Shown piece by piece: positions 51,574 through 63,708 of a stretch of DNA of 64,000 nt (its first letter is position 1; each line of letters opens with the position of its first letter). Source of the stretch: Pseudovirgaria hyperparasitica (lineage: Eukaryota); assembly GCA_010093815.1 (NCBI GenBank), contig ML996570.1; one strand, written 5' to 3'. The notes under the pieces were generated by a model, which did no database searches, was not told the origin of the DNA, and saw only the letters and a program-made list of their open reading frames with translations. The position numbers and the translations under genes were made by a program.

Positions 51574-52584
51574 TCAATCATTGCGTAGGAGACTTTGAAT
51601 CTTCTGCAAACCCATCATATCGCCTTCTTTGGTGTTAGCAAGTTCGCCCGTCACCCAACCATCCGTGAAGCTGCCTCCAAAATCCACCACCCAAGCATTG
51701 TCGTCACAGCTTATCAATACGTTTTGTGCTTTAACATCGCCCCATACGAGGCCATGCAAGTGAAGCTGCTGTACCATGTCACTGATCTGCGTTGCCCACT
51801 TCTGTCGTTGCTGTTTACTCGCCGACTCCACGAGAGCTTGTAGGTGGGGCTTTGTGGTGTCGGTATCAATATAGTCCATCAGGAACCCGAGAGCGGAACA
51901 GCAGTCCTCATCTGAAGTTATGAGACCCACAACGGACGGGATAGAGAGCCGCGTGCGGAAGTCCGTTCGTTGGATCTGGAGCAGAGAAGATATCTCCCTC
52001 TTCAAGGAGTGTAATTCAGATTGGTGACTGGTCATTTTCGCGCATAATGTCGTGCCCTCTATGCAAACTTTGAAAACCGCGTCATGTTTCATGACGTCCA
52101 GAACCTCGATCTGAGACAGCGCAAATGCTGGTATACCTGGACCAAGCTGGTACCGACTCAGGCCAGCGTGGTTCCAGTAGTAAGGAAACGTACTCAGGTC
52201 TTCCTCGAGTATGATGCATAATTTCTCATCCCGTGTGCACACTCGTAGTCCGACAACTTTTGGATTACAATAATCGTTCAGTGTCCGCGGAGAGAATGCT
52301 CCGTGACACTGGGCGAACTGCCGGAAGAAGGGCTGGCACGATACGGCGAGAACATCCGATATTTCATCGAACAGTAGGTCGAGTTCATCTTGGTTTTTTG
52401 CTTTCTGTAGAGCATGAATGCGATCGAGGTAGTCACGCTCGATGGTGTGCGGTGGAGAGTCAACAGACAAGAGTACTTCAAAGTGCACGCCGTTGCTTGT
52501 TATTGTAAACTGACAATCATCTTCAAGTCCATAACGGATAGAGTCGACTGCGTTGACACAAGGAGGCAGAGAAGGTGAATGCAT
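51574..52584 (-). CDS. Atypical fungal protein-kinase-like protein
   Basis: CAK lysine, REI glutamate, catalytic loop WGDVKAQN and DFGG; short C-lobe; no Gly-rich loop. Confidence 0.82.
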   Translation of the reverse strand: MHSPSLPPCVNAVDSIRYGLEDDCQFTITSNGVHFEVLLSVDSPPHTIERDYLDRIHALQKAKNQDELDLLFDEISDVLAVSCQPFFRQFAQCHGAFSPRTLNDYCNPKVVGLRVCTRDEKLCIILEEDLSTFPYYWNHAGLSRYQLGPGIPAFALSQIEVLDVMKHDAVFKVCIEGTTLCAKMTSHQSELHSLKREISSLLQIQRTDFRTRLSIPSVVGLITSDEDCCSALGFLMDYIDTDTTKPHLQALVESASKQQRQKWATQISDMVQQLHLHGLVWGDVKAQNVLISCDDNAWVVDFGGSFTDGWVTGELANTKEGDMMGLQKIQSLLRND

Positions 52585-54091
52585 AGCGTTGGAGTTGGTG
52601 GTGTTGAAGTTATGACTGCCTAGGTGTTAACCTAAGACTAGCTTTTATATTACTCGATAGAACCATTTATGATCAGAGGGTATTACGATTAGTCACAAGA
52701 TCACAGGGATGCTGTCGCCTAGAATGTGCTACTCAATGCATACATCACCACGCTTGGGCATTTTCAAACCTTCAGGCTGCAATTCTGGGGATGGCTGTCA
52801 GCACTTCCTGTTTCTGTTGGGACCTTTCATAATGAATTCTGCAGTAATAATAACAGTCACTAAAAATATTACAACTGAGCCTGCAGGCTAAAAGCCTTGG
52901 CTGGGAATGATATGTTATTTGCTTGTATTGGTAACAAAGGTTGTACTGTTATCTAATGCTAAGCCGGCATTAACATAGCCTTCATTTTGGCAGCGACTTT
53001 CTATTGAGTTGCAAATTGTATGATCGCCTTGATGATGTGTAAAAGGTATGTCAAGAGCAAGTCGCTATTAGATGTTACTAGATTACTCAAAGATATGTTT
53101 GCTCGTATGGGCGTACTTGAATGGCACGCCAACAGCACAGATCTTACTTTCCATATACAACGCACGATATGCCCTGGCGATCGATTGTCTCTGGAGTCGG
53201 CCACCGGGCTCTTTTGACTAAACAGAGTGGACGACGGGTGTCTGATGTGCAGCTCCTTGATGTATTGTAGCGAGCTTGCAGGATCCCACAAAGCTAAGAC
53301 CTGGATCGAGTACTTCTGCCTTGGACTCAGCTCTATGTCACTCTGCAACAACCTGACTGTATGCTGGTTCTCCGTCGTGCGAACTGGAGATGGCTCCAGC
53401 TCGAGCACCTGGGAATGTAGCTAACCGCATCGGTGCTAACAGTTTCTTGCCCGCTGCAATAAGCTATTGGAATCAAGCTCTTCATTGATCAATAGCGCTT
53501 ATCCGGTGCTCGCACCAAGTGCCCCAGATTCTCCAGACCGAGGACCTTGCTACTGACGATGGGGTTGAGAACTTGAGATACTTCTGTTCGAAGGGATTCT
53601 TGCTGTATCTTGACCTCTTCCAGAACATACACAGGTAACGTGCGGCGCAGATCAGAGAGCGGACGGTCATACGCTGAAGCCGACCGCAGATGGCTCTGAA
53701 CGCGAATATTATTCGTTCGGGAAATATTTGATCATTCGGGTGTATATTATGCGTCAATGTATACAAAGCGATATTGACGTATCACGTGAATAAGCTCTTG
53801 TGACACCTCTGTCCTTGCGACACGTATTACATGCTCACCCCTCACCTTATAACTGTCAAAGCTGTCCTAACGAAATCACCATTGCACCTGACATCCTCTC
53901 ATCGACAAAGTTGGGCAACTAGAGCATTCAAGGACCCCGATAAGTGTATAACCTGGAATTTCGAGTTTTAGTAAGCCTACGTCCTCAACAGCGATTTTTG
54001 TTCGACATACTAAAGTAACTCATTATGTAGGCCTACTACATGAGATATCCCTTATTTTAAGACCTCCTCGGCGTCCATCCGAATCGCATAA

Positions 54092-54478
54092 ATGACTGAC
54101 CCCATGACAACCGGACAGGGTTTTCTGTCAGAAACAGTGAGTCTAGGGAAGAGCCCTTCGTGTCTGTAACGCTCACCGCACTTATACGTGCAGATGATAC
54201 AAGAAGCCCTACGAGAAGGACTTGGCTACATCACCGGAAACATGTTTCATGCAGAGGAAGAAGACAGGACCATTCGATTTGTAGGGGCTTTCATCAGGAT
54301 ATCTAAAAGAGGTACCAAACCACTGGAGCTCACAGATATTGCGGAAATTCGAGAGTTTCGGATTCCTGCTGGATATTATGCGGAAGTGATAGATGGGTAT
54401 GCAAAGCTGACCAAATGCGGTCCATCTCCAGTGTTTGGAGAATCCTGTAACCCTCAGACCGACCAACCTTCAAACTAA
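54092..54478 (+). CDS. Small hypothetical protein (~109 aa); intron 54137-54193
   Basis: ATG exon of 15 codons, then a GTGAGT..CAG intron in frame with ORF 54188-54478. Confidence 0.55.
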
Positions 54479-54989
54479 TCGACATATCTTCGCTCTCTCC
54501 GAAAGGTATTAGCAATGTTAAGCACTCTGTGGTCGATATCTGCGACCTAATTTCCATCTGCCACTGATTGCTAGCCCGGACAGCGTTGTAAAACAGTGCG
54601 GCCAAAATCGGTACATGTGTAATAGGCGGTTTTGAAAATATGTACTTTATGTCTGTAACCTTTTAGGCTTCGTTTTAAGTGTAACTTTTGGGTCATGCTT
54701 ACGCCTAGGAGTCTGCATGGTCTGTGTTTCCACGAAAGTCTCTCGTTCTTGTCCGATTGCTGACTGTTGCCTAACAGTAGAGGCAGAGGAATGCGATAGA
54801 GAGAGATTAAATTGGTCTGTGCTGTTCATTTCGTCGACGTTCATACCGTAAAATTCTGGATCCTCGTTAATCTACTACAGTAAGGATCCTGAGTTCGACA
54901 CTATGTACCTTGGAACTCAGGTTGTAAGGTCATCCTTCGTTTCCGTTTCCTCATGCCCGAAATAGGAACAATCTGGGGGCCTGGTCGTC

Positions 54990-55556
54990 TTAGCTGCTGT
55001 TCACCAAGATGTTGACATGCTTACTGTCCAAGGATGGCACTCCATAATCATCTGCGAGCACATCAAGCGAAGGCGATTGCAAGCTGCCCCCCTTGACTCT
55101 CACCACGTCCAAAATGTTCATTCTCTCGTCCTCGCGCATGTTTGCGAGCTTTTGTTTTCCAAATGCCACAGCGCAGAGCATCACTACACCAGGACTGCTG
55201 TGGCGTAGAACATCATGTAGGAACTCTTGGTAAACCTGACCCGAGCGATTCGTCTGAACTTGGGTAAGAATGGTTATAGCAGTGTCTACATGCTTCGAAG
55301 CACGGTTGTCAACACGATCTACGACCTTGAACCTTCTCGCTGCTTTGTCTAACGCGTTGTAGAACTGAGAAGAATTTTCCGGAATGAAATTAGGGATACG
55401 AAGCTGTCGCGTTTTCATTTCAGCTTTCAGAGATTCTGCTGTATCGTGACATAGTCGAAGTAGGGTCGCTAACTCTTCGTCTGATACGTCAACATAGCCT
55501 TCTTCCAAAGAGGTCGTCCTTCGTTCTGTTTCAAGAACAACGCGGGTGGGCTGCAT
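54990..55556 (-). CDS. Hypothetical helical protein, probably spliced to a downstream exon with an RKRKRR basic motif (ending ~54870)
   Basis: 188-aa ORF. A GTAAGC donor at ~55024 and a CAG acceptor at ~54981 give SPQIVPISGMRKRKRR in frame. Confidence 0.55.
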   Translation of the reverse strand: MQPTRVVLETERRTTSLEEGYVDVSDEELATLLRLCHDTAESLKAEMKTRQLRIPNFIPENSSQFYNALDKAARRFKVVDRVDNRASKHVDTAITILTQVQTNRSGQVYQEFLHDVLRHSSPGVVMLCAVAFGKQKLANMREDERMNILDVVRVKGGSLQSPSLDVLADDYGVPSLDSKHVNILVNSS

Positions 55557-56928
55557 CTGAAGAGAGGACCATAAAAATGCAGAATGTAGAATATGCAGAA
55601 TGCTGCAAGATTCTGTTTACTTTTACAATGGGCCATGGATGTATAGACGAGTTTAGGCATCAGCCCTCTGGTTATTTTGCATGGTTATACGTGATGCAAG
55701 TCACCTTGGTAAGGCGGGCCAGACCAGCCAATGAGGATAATTCGATTCAGGAAAGCGTAAGATATCGCGTAAATGTGCAGAGTATCACAAGAAGCCCTAG
55801 AGCAGGTTTAAAGACTTTTGCCTCCTGCAAGGTTGTGCAAATTGTTCCAGTAAGCAGTCATGATCGTGGCGAGCGATAGGCTGTATTCCTAGGTCTGTAG
55901 AAGCGGCACAGTCTGGTGTGTATGTCCACCAGGATCGGGCAGAAGTCTAGTCACCATTGGTATACACCCCACGTATCGACTTGGGACACTTAGCAGAATA
56001 GGGCTTGTGGAGTAATGGATATCGTGACTCTAGGACGATAGACGGATGAACTATAAAACTTGGCACGTCGGTGAACAACCATGTAATCTGAATGCTCTGT
56101 GTTCGGAAGCTGCTCGAATATCAGCCGAAGCTTAACGTTGTCGCACTCTCCGCCAGACGAAAAGTCGTCTTCTGGACCTTTAGATCGGAATTCCACGCTG
56201 CAGCCTCATGGCTAACTCGTCAAATCCTAGGCTACGAGTGTCACTCCCTTACCAGTTGAGATTGATATATCCAGAAGGTATACCGCAAAGGACGTATGGC
56301 CTCCATTGCACCGCACTCTTACAGCTTAGGCCCATCGCATGGAAGCGAGAGATTTAGTGTGATAGCAAAAGTAGACTCGGGCATGGGAGTCGCTCTAGCC
56401 TCGGCTCGCTACGCGTGGCTGAGGGGATTTATGCTGAGACAGCCATGGTTCGACTGGCTACATTTATTGAGAGTCAAGTGTGCATGATATGTGAGGTGTA
56501 TATGCAAAGCCCGGAATGTTGAGTGAGAACTGTGCTGACGTTTGACTGTGGGTGTTGTTCGTACTATACCATAGGGGCAAGGGTTAGCATGTCAGCATCA
56601 AAGATGTTTTGCGGTCGGGCGCTTGCCGGTCATGGTCTTCCTAGATAAGTCAAATAACGGTAGAATGATTTCAGTGTATGGTTGGGTCGAATACCTCTAT
56701 AGTTATTCACGTGGCCAGAAAACAGAAACCCTAATTATCACTGAAGATCAGGGAGAGGAATGTGTACGATGCTGTAACAACTTCTTGATGTCATTTATAC
56801 GTATTGAAAGCTCGAATAGGATATCCAATCATCATTGGAGCTACAGCCACAAATATCTTCCGTAAAAGAGGGTAGAGCTTCAATTGTATATCCCGTCTTC
56901 GACAATGAAAGCATTCCAGCAGACGAGC

Positions 56929-57768
56929 CTATTCTTCATCAATCATGGCACGCATGACGCGGCTCTTGCCTTTGCGAGCCCATTGGGCAGGATCGACGTC
57001 CGCATATGTCGTCCCAATAGCCAGCTCGTCAATCCAAACCTGTCTAAAGTTCTGACCGCCTGGGGGGGCCTGGTTGTTGCTATCGAACCACTGATTGGCA
57101 TAGAGACCAACCTGGAATCGAAACTGACGGTTTCCATTGTCATTCAGTGTCGATGGTTTCCCAAGGTCGTTCACCACTTTTGTGCCATCGTACCAGACCT
57201 TGTAGTAGCCAGTGTTGTCAGACGCCCATTTGGCTTGGATGATGACGGTGTGCCAGACGCCGGCGGTGACAGTGGCCAGTCCCTCGTGGTATACGTTCTC
57301 GTTCTTGCAGTCTGAATCGGCCTCAATGTTGCCGAACGTTCTGCGGGCGTAGAACTGATTGCCTCTGATTCCGAGCATGGCAGCGGGCTTCCAGTCATCG
57401 CATTTGTTGTTTAACTGAGCAATGAACTGTGCCAGGTTGTAGCTCTGTGCACCCTGGAAGTCCCAGTTCTGTTGGAGGCGGAACGAGAAGCTGTAGAATC
57501 GCTCGTCGCCGCGCTTGTATCCATCGTTGTGGACGCACTCGGCATGGTAGCGGCCGCCCCAGTTGCTGTTGTACGTCTGCTGAGCCTTGAGAGACTGCGG
57601 GGATTCCAGAAACTCGCTGGTCGACTCGAGTACCGCGCCGGTGCCTGTGTTGTCGATGTTGAAGCTGTCACAGCCGCTTCTGTAGCCCTTGTTGGACCAT
57701 AGCTGAGTCGCCTGGGCCGTGAGGCAGAGGCCGGAGAGCAAGACTGCGGAGAAGCGCTTGGTGAGCAT
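56929..57768 (-). CDS. Secreted polysaccharide lyase family 20 (endo-beta-1,4-glucuronan lyase-like)
   Basis: Signal peptide; GRYHAE, GYKRGDERFY, QSYNLAQFIA, KWASDNTGY, VGLYAN and FRQVW.DE..IGTT.ADVDP, as recalled for Trichoderma glucuronan lyase. Confidence 0.88.
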   Translation of the reverse strand: MLTKRFSAVLLSGLCLTAQATQLWSNKGYRSGCDSFNIDNTGTGAVLESTSEFLESPQSLKAQQTYNSNWGGRYHAECVHNDGYKRGDERFYSFSFRLQQNWDFQGAQSYNLAQFIAQLNNKCDDWKPAAMLGIRGNQFYARRTFGNIEADSDCKNENVYHEGLATVTAGVWHTVIIQAKWASDNTGYYKVWYDGTKVVNDLGKPSTLNDNGNRQFRFQVGLYANQWFDSNNQAPPGGQNFRQVWIDELAIGTTYADVDPAQWARKGKSRVMRAMIDEE

Positions 57769-60160
57769 ATCGAGTGATGCTTGAAGGCGGAGACGATTCT
57801 GTTCGCTGGTGTCCTACTCTAGACTACAGGACCGTGAAGGGACCTTTTATAAAAGATTAACAGGTACCCACGGCGATCATCCTGGGGATATCGTGCTTCA
57901 GCCCCAGGTTTCTGCATGTCATGTAATTCAGGTCAAGTGGATAACAAACACCTGGACCGGCTAGTGTTGAATTGATTCCTTTGTTCGGCGATTTAGTCAG
58001 AAATCCGTGGCTTGCCAAAGGAGTAGCCTGTCGTCCATAGATGATGCATCTTAGATCGTATGGCTTCGTCCATGACAGCGACAGCGATATCTCATTGGCA
58101 GCTTCTGGGACAGATGACCATCTCAACTATTGTTCTTCGGCCTCGATCCATCGATACAGCGAAGAGCAAGTCGTATTTGCCAAGACCTGCTAGATGATAA
58201 AAGGCCACTTTCCATATCAGGAAGCTCCCTGGTCAAAGTCTGCAGCTTAGAGAGCCGTTCAAGCTTTTGGGGCCACTATGTGGAGAGGGATCGCCATGTT
58301 TACGCTTCGTATTACCGGAGATGCAACAAAGGTAAGAGAGGATAGTCTACTGTCGAAGACCAGACGAAATGACGACCTCGTGGTATACGGTAGGCTGACA
58401 TACGCCACTTATCTTTTGGGGTCATTGGAGCTTTCAGCTAGACGCTTCAGTGGAGCATCGTTTGACCGATCCCTGTTGTAGCATTTGTGAGGTGAATTCC
58501 CAATTGTTTAGATGAAATCCAACTAGTGTTGTGATGCGAGTGACGTGAGATGCAGAGAATTAGGATGTGTTTAAGAGATCAGCGTTAGCCCCGATTAAGC
58601 TTAGCTCACAGGAACGTTACTTATAAATAGATCAATGTGCTTTACCCGAATCTAAACGAATTGATGGCCCTTGCATTCTTCACATTTCTCAAGTTTTTCT
58701 GACATCCTCTGCCCCAACTGGGCCTACGCTCAAGTAGCGCTATAGGCCTTGGCGACATACCGTAAGCCTTTATAAGCGTTGCCCTGTGGGGTGGCGTTCA
58801 TTGATGTCCACAAACGAGCCTGACGTGTTGGAGTTGTATACTTGTTGACTGAATAGCCAATGTAAACAAACCCTCAGGCCTCACTTTGGGAATATGTTTT
58901 GGCGACAGTTTTACTTTCCCGAACGTTGAACGCGGCTCTGTTTGTTCCGACCTTGTTTCTCTCTTGTCGTCAGCTGTCGCACTGCATGCATGTGTAGCTA
59001 CAAGCTTGAGATGCGAGAGCTGGGAACTCGTCGCAATCTTCCGCAGTTGACACTCTGGCAAGCCGATACATCTTCCTACCATTGCTACTATCGAGAGACG
59101 AGGCACGAAGGGAAGCACCCAGCGAGTAGATTTATGTCTTCGTAAGCAAGCCTTCCCAAGCACAAACATAAATGGCTTGGATACCCAAGCGTAACACGCC
59201 CGATACAACGGTTGACCAACTGATATGGTACATTACGGAATAGAACATTTGCATCCAAGGCAAAGAGACAAAGCGGACACTTGACACAAAGAGATGCCCG
59301 ATATCAGCCGACCCAGTGGTGAGCGCGCTAGGCCTATTGCGGATGAGAGCGGCCGTCACCTGGAGTCGTGATATTATTCCATGAATGTAGAGGTGTCGTC
59401 CTACACCGACACCACCACGTTCGACACAGCATCTCGGATTCCATCACACACTCGGTGCAGCGATGGACATCCTGTCTGTCTAACATCGAACGCATGGATG
59501 AATATCTCCCAGACGTTAGCTCTTTCGCTTGAACGCACTCAACGCATCCCGATCGTGTGACCCGGGCTCGTATTTGTCGGCTCATACTTCCCTTGCACGC
59601 AGTGTCCTGCAGAAGGGAAGGGAGTAGTAAACAATGAATTCTGATATCTAGGTAGCCATACTTGTCGGCCGGCTTGCAGACGAATCGAAGAAATGTATGG
59701 TATCAGTCCAGGACAAGATTCCACGAGGAAGAATCTAGGGCTAAGGCTACCCGCCTGTCAAACACGTCAAGTCGCATGGCAGCCATACCATCTTCGTTCA
59801 GGCTGTGCCAAAGCACGGCGATCCAGCCCAGGACCGGAGAGTCTGTGTGGGGAGAGCCTTCGCTTGTCGCACCCGAATACGGATCGATGGCGTTTTTAGG
59901 GTGTTTTGAAGCCCCTCCAGCTGAAAGACCGCAGCTTCATGTCTGCCTTGCGTCGGGGTCGATGTTGGTATTTGATTGTTCTTGTCTGTTGCCTCTTTGC
60001 GCAAGCTTTTTGTGTTTTGCTTCAAGGCCTACGTTGTAGTGTGTGTTTGACTTTTCTTCGGCGTCGAGGATCGTCGTGCGCGTCTGGTTGATCGTTTCGC
60101 GTTGGGTTTGTTCACGATTCTATAGACGATTACTTTTTCTACTTTCGCTTCTCATATACG

Positions 60161-62095
60161 ATGAATCAAGTGTATCCTCCTGCGCAACAACAGCATGGAA
60201 CTCTGGGATACGCTCCCCCTCCCCCGTATGGCAATCAGACGCAGTATGCGGTCCCGCAACAACCAACATATCCGGCACCGACGACGTATCAGCAGAGTCA
60301 CGTTGGCGGTCAAGAAAAGCAGCAATATCAAGTGAATGCGGTCCCGATAGCAGCGACGCAGACACTCTCGGCACCTCCTGGATACCAGACCGCTCCTGGA
60401 TACCAGACCGCTCCTGGATACCAGACCGCAAGCGCAACACCACATACTCAACAGTATGCCGGCGCACTGCCGCAAGCACATCAACAACCGCAGCAATACG
60501 TGCCTCCACAGCAGGCGATGACGCCTCAGCCTCCTCCGGCATACCAGCAACAGGTCCAATACGGGCAACAGCCTACGATGAACCCAGGCCAACAACAGCC
60601 TGTGATGACGCCAGCCCAGCAACAGGCTGTGATGACTCCAGCCCAGCAACATCAAGTCCAGCAATTCATCTCGCACATGCCGCCAGAGAAGCTCCAAGCC
60701 ATCCAACAAATCGCCCAGCAACAGCCCATCTTCTCCCCTCCGCCCACACAGCCCAACGCAGCCCCTCCGCCCAACTTCGTCTCGACCGCGCCGGCCGGCC
60801 TCTTCGGCGCCAAACAGACCGGCCACGGCCACGGCCACAAACACGACCACTCCAAGGACGCCCAGCAGACGGGCAAAGTGCAACGCTTCCTCGGCGACAC
60901 GCTCGTCGGCCGCTTCGCCCGCGCATCGGTGCAAACCGCCACCTCCGTCGCCAAAATGCCCGCGGCGCTGTCCCCCTGGGGCGACAACAACCCCGTCACG
61001 CTGCCAAACGTGCGGTACCGCGACGCAGTGCTCTTCACCGTCTTCGCGGGCGTGGGCGCGCCGCTGATCGAGGGCGCAGACTCGCTCGTCAGCGACCTCT
61101 TTGGCGCAGACAGCTTCGTGTCCGACGTCGTGTCCTCGGGCGCGGGCTTCGTGACGGGCAGCACCGTCGTCAAGTACGGCGTGTTTCAGATTGTGGAGCA
61201 GGCCATTGACAAGGGCGTCGTCGAGCATCTGCTGCCGGAGGAGGAGCGCATGATTCAGACGGTCAGTGTCAAGAGCTTGCAGGTCGGCATCAAGCATAAG
61301 CTCATGGGCGTGGACGCGGATATCCGGTTCCATGGCGTGCGGGCGACGCAGAGCACGCAGGCGTGCGAGAAGGGCTGGTTTGCACCGTATTTCTTTGCGA
61401 GCAGTCGCACGCCCGTCATCCCGCGCGCAAACGACTTTGCGATCGGGCAGTTCTTTGGGCCGTTTCTGGGCGGTGCGTGGCTCTCTCTCTCTCTCTCTCT
61501 TCCCTTCCATCTCTCCGTGCATCTCCATTTGACTTTGAAGTGCCCACACTGACATTTACACCCAACAGCGGACTACGCAATGGCGCACAAACTGCTCGCC
61601 GAAGCACCGCACGCCCTCGCCATGTGCGACCCCGACCCCAGCCACGACATCGGCACAAACCGCCTCCTCTGCATCTTCACGGCCATCTCGCCGTTCCGCG
61701 CAAACATGTGGTCCACCTCGCGGCGCCCGGGCTGCGGCACGCTCATCTTCCACCTCTTCGACGGCTGCCCGGCGCTTGTCGTCCCCGTGACGCAGAAGTG
61801 CCCCGTCGTGGCATGGTCGCCGTGGACGCTGTCGCAGATGCGCGGTGGGGGTGCGGGTGGCGGTGCCGGGTGGGCGGCCGAGCGGCACCATGGGGAGATG
61901 TGCGAGTGGCTTGATGGGGTGGTGAGTCTGGAGCATTTGACGGCGGGGGGCGTGCGGGAGAAGTATGTGGATGTGCTGGGGCGGGCGGTGAGTTTGGTGC
62001 TGAATGGGGCGTTGGGGCTGGAGAAGGTGGCGGATAAGACGGTGTTGGGGAAGGTGGATGCGGAGAGGGCGGGCGTGGTGTTTTTTCGGTATTGA
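60161..62095 (+). CDS. Hypothetical protein: Q/P/Y-rich disordered N-terminus plus a globular-looking C-terminal region; intron 61473-61568
   Basis: Very high GC3; GTGCGT..CTGAC..CAG intron joins GPFLG-A-DYAMAHK; three 18-bp PGYQTA repeats at ~60377-60430. Confidence 0.85.
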
Positions 62096-62099
62096 GGCT

Positions 62100-63700
62100 T
62101 GCGTTGAGGGGTGTTGGATACTACCTGCGTGTATGGCGAATATTGTATGGTATGGTATGGTATGGCATTTACGAGTCGTCAAGAGTCTACGCACAGCGCC
62201 GTTGCTTATCATCATCATCACCCCCTTCAAAGCCGCACCCCATCACCGCAGCCCATCACCGCTCCTCCCCACCACGACGACGACGACAAAGCATGCGAAC
62301 ATAGAAGGTCACGCTGTTAAAACACCCTCCCCAACAACAAGAAGCATCGCATGTGGTTGTCTACATACGGACATCGATCTTTATGTCAAGCTTGAGTACG
62401 GGAGGAAAAGGGGAGGAGGGAGAGGGCGATGGATATGTATATGCGTAGATAGGTATGGGTCTGGGTCTGGGTATAGGTATAGGCACAGAAATACAACACG
62501 CGCATCTGGCATGAATGACGGGTACGCCCGCGTGTCGAGTCAAGCCAAAGGCGTGAAAAGCACGTACCACAATCCACGCAGCGTTGGTCATTCACACTGC
62601 ACAACGTGACCCTGCACAACGTCACGTACCCGACAACGACCATTCAATACATATATATAAATACCCAAACCTCAACAGCCCTACCTAATTACTTTCCTAC
62701 CTACCTCCCCACAAGGCGACTCAGTGACTCAGTGACTCAGTGCACGCAAGACCTGCCTACGAGAGGCATCTATGGTTGTTATGTGCAGGCTTAGAGATTG
62801 GAAAGGGATGGATGGGTCGTGCTTGGGGCGGGTTGAGGTCGAGGTGTATGATGTGTGTGTGTGCGTGTGGGTGGACTCGTGGTGGAGGGCATTGGCGGGG
62901 TGTGGTGGTGGAGGTTGTTGTTGTGTGATGGTGGTGGAGGTTGTTGTGTGATTGGGGTTGTGTGATGATGATAATTATGGTGGTGGTGATGATGATGGTT
63001 GTTGTTGTGTGGTGGTGGTTGTTGTTGTGTAATAGTAGTGATAGTAACAATGATTGTATATGTGTGTGAGAAGTCAAGATACAAAGTACAGGCACAGCAA
63101 ACACAGTGCGATTCACGCCAGTTCACTCCTTATCATGTAATGTCAAGTCAAGTCAAGTCACTTCACGCCAAATAAAGCCATGTAATGTCAAACAATCCCA
63201 CATCCAATTGATGGTAAATAAGTATATATCGTCGCCGTATATATATATCTTCTTCTCCTTCATCTACTTTTCATCCCCTATCCCATCCTATCCCCTTTCT
63301 CATCCCATCCCCATCCCATCCCAACCCAACCCAACCCAAACCCAAACAAGTATACAAATTACAACAAGACTGTACAGTCCCGCGTGGGTATATATATAAA
63401 GTAAAAAGAAATAAAAAACACAAAAGCACCACTCGCGTCCCATATAGATAGATATGGTAGCCGCGATGATGACGATGATGACGATGGTAATCATCATCAG
63501 AGAAAAGAAAAGAAAAAGAAAAAAGAGACATGAATGCCCAGGAGCCGGATCCCGAGACTTCCGGCGATGAGCTGAGCTGAGCTGAGCTGAGATGGATGGA
63601 TGGATAGAGACGGATCAAGATCCCCGCTATGCAAACCCGAAACCCGCAGCCGAGAAATTGAAAAACCCGCGCGTCCACGACAGACACCCCAACCCATCCC
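62100..63700. repeat. Microsatellite-dense intergenic region between convergent genes
   Basis: (GGTAT)n, (TGG/TTG)n, (AGTCA)n, (CCCAT)n, (CCCAA)n, (GCTGA)n and (GATG)n tracts. Confidence 0.9.
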
Positions 63701-63708
63701 CAAACCCC

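Noticed and set aside
53001..53766. Possible spliced minus-strand gene
   Set aside because: Some splice-like sites, but no consistent start codon or motif.
45050..58000. Starship element
   Set aside because: No tyrosine-recombinase captain and no convincing terminal repeats in the window.
60043..61555. Long alternative-frame and antisense ORFs (388 aa +, 467 aa -)
   Set aside because: Shadow ORFs from the extreme GC3 of the real gene; no motifs.
62004..63687. His/Thr-rich and other short ORFs
   Set aside because: Translations of microsatellites.
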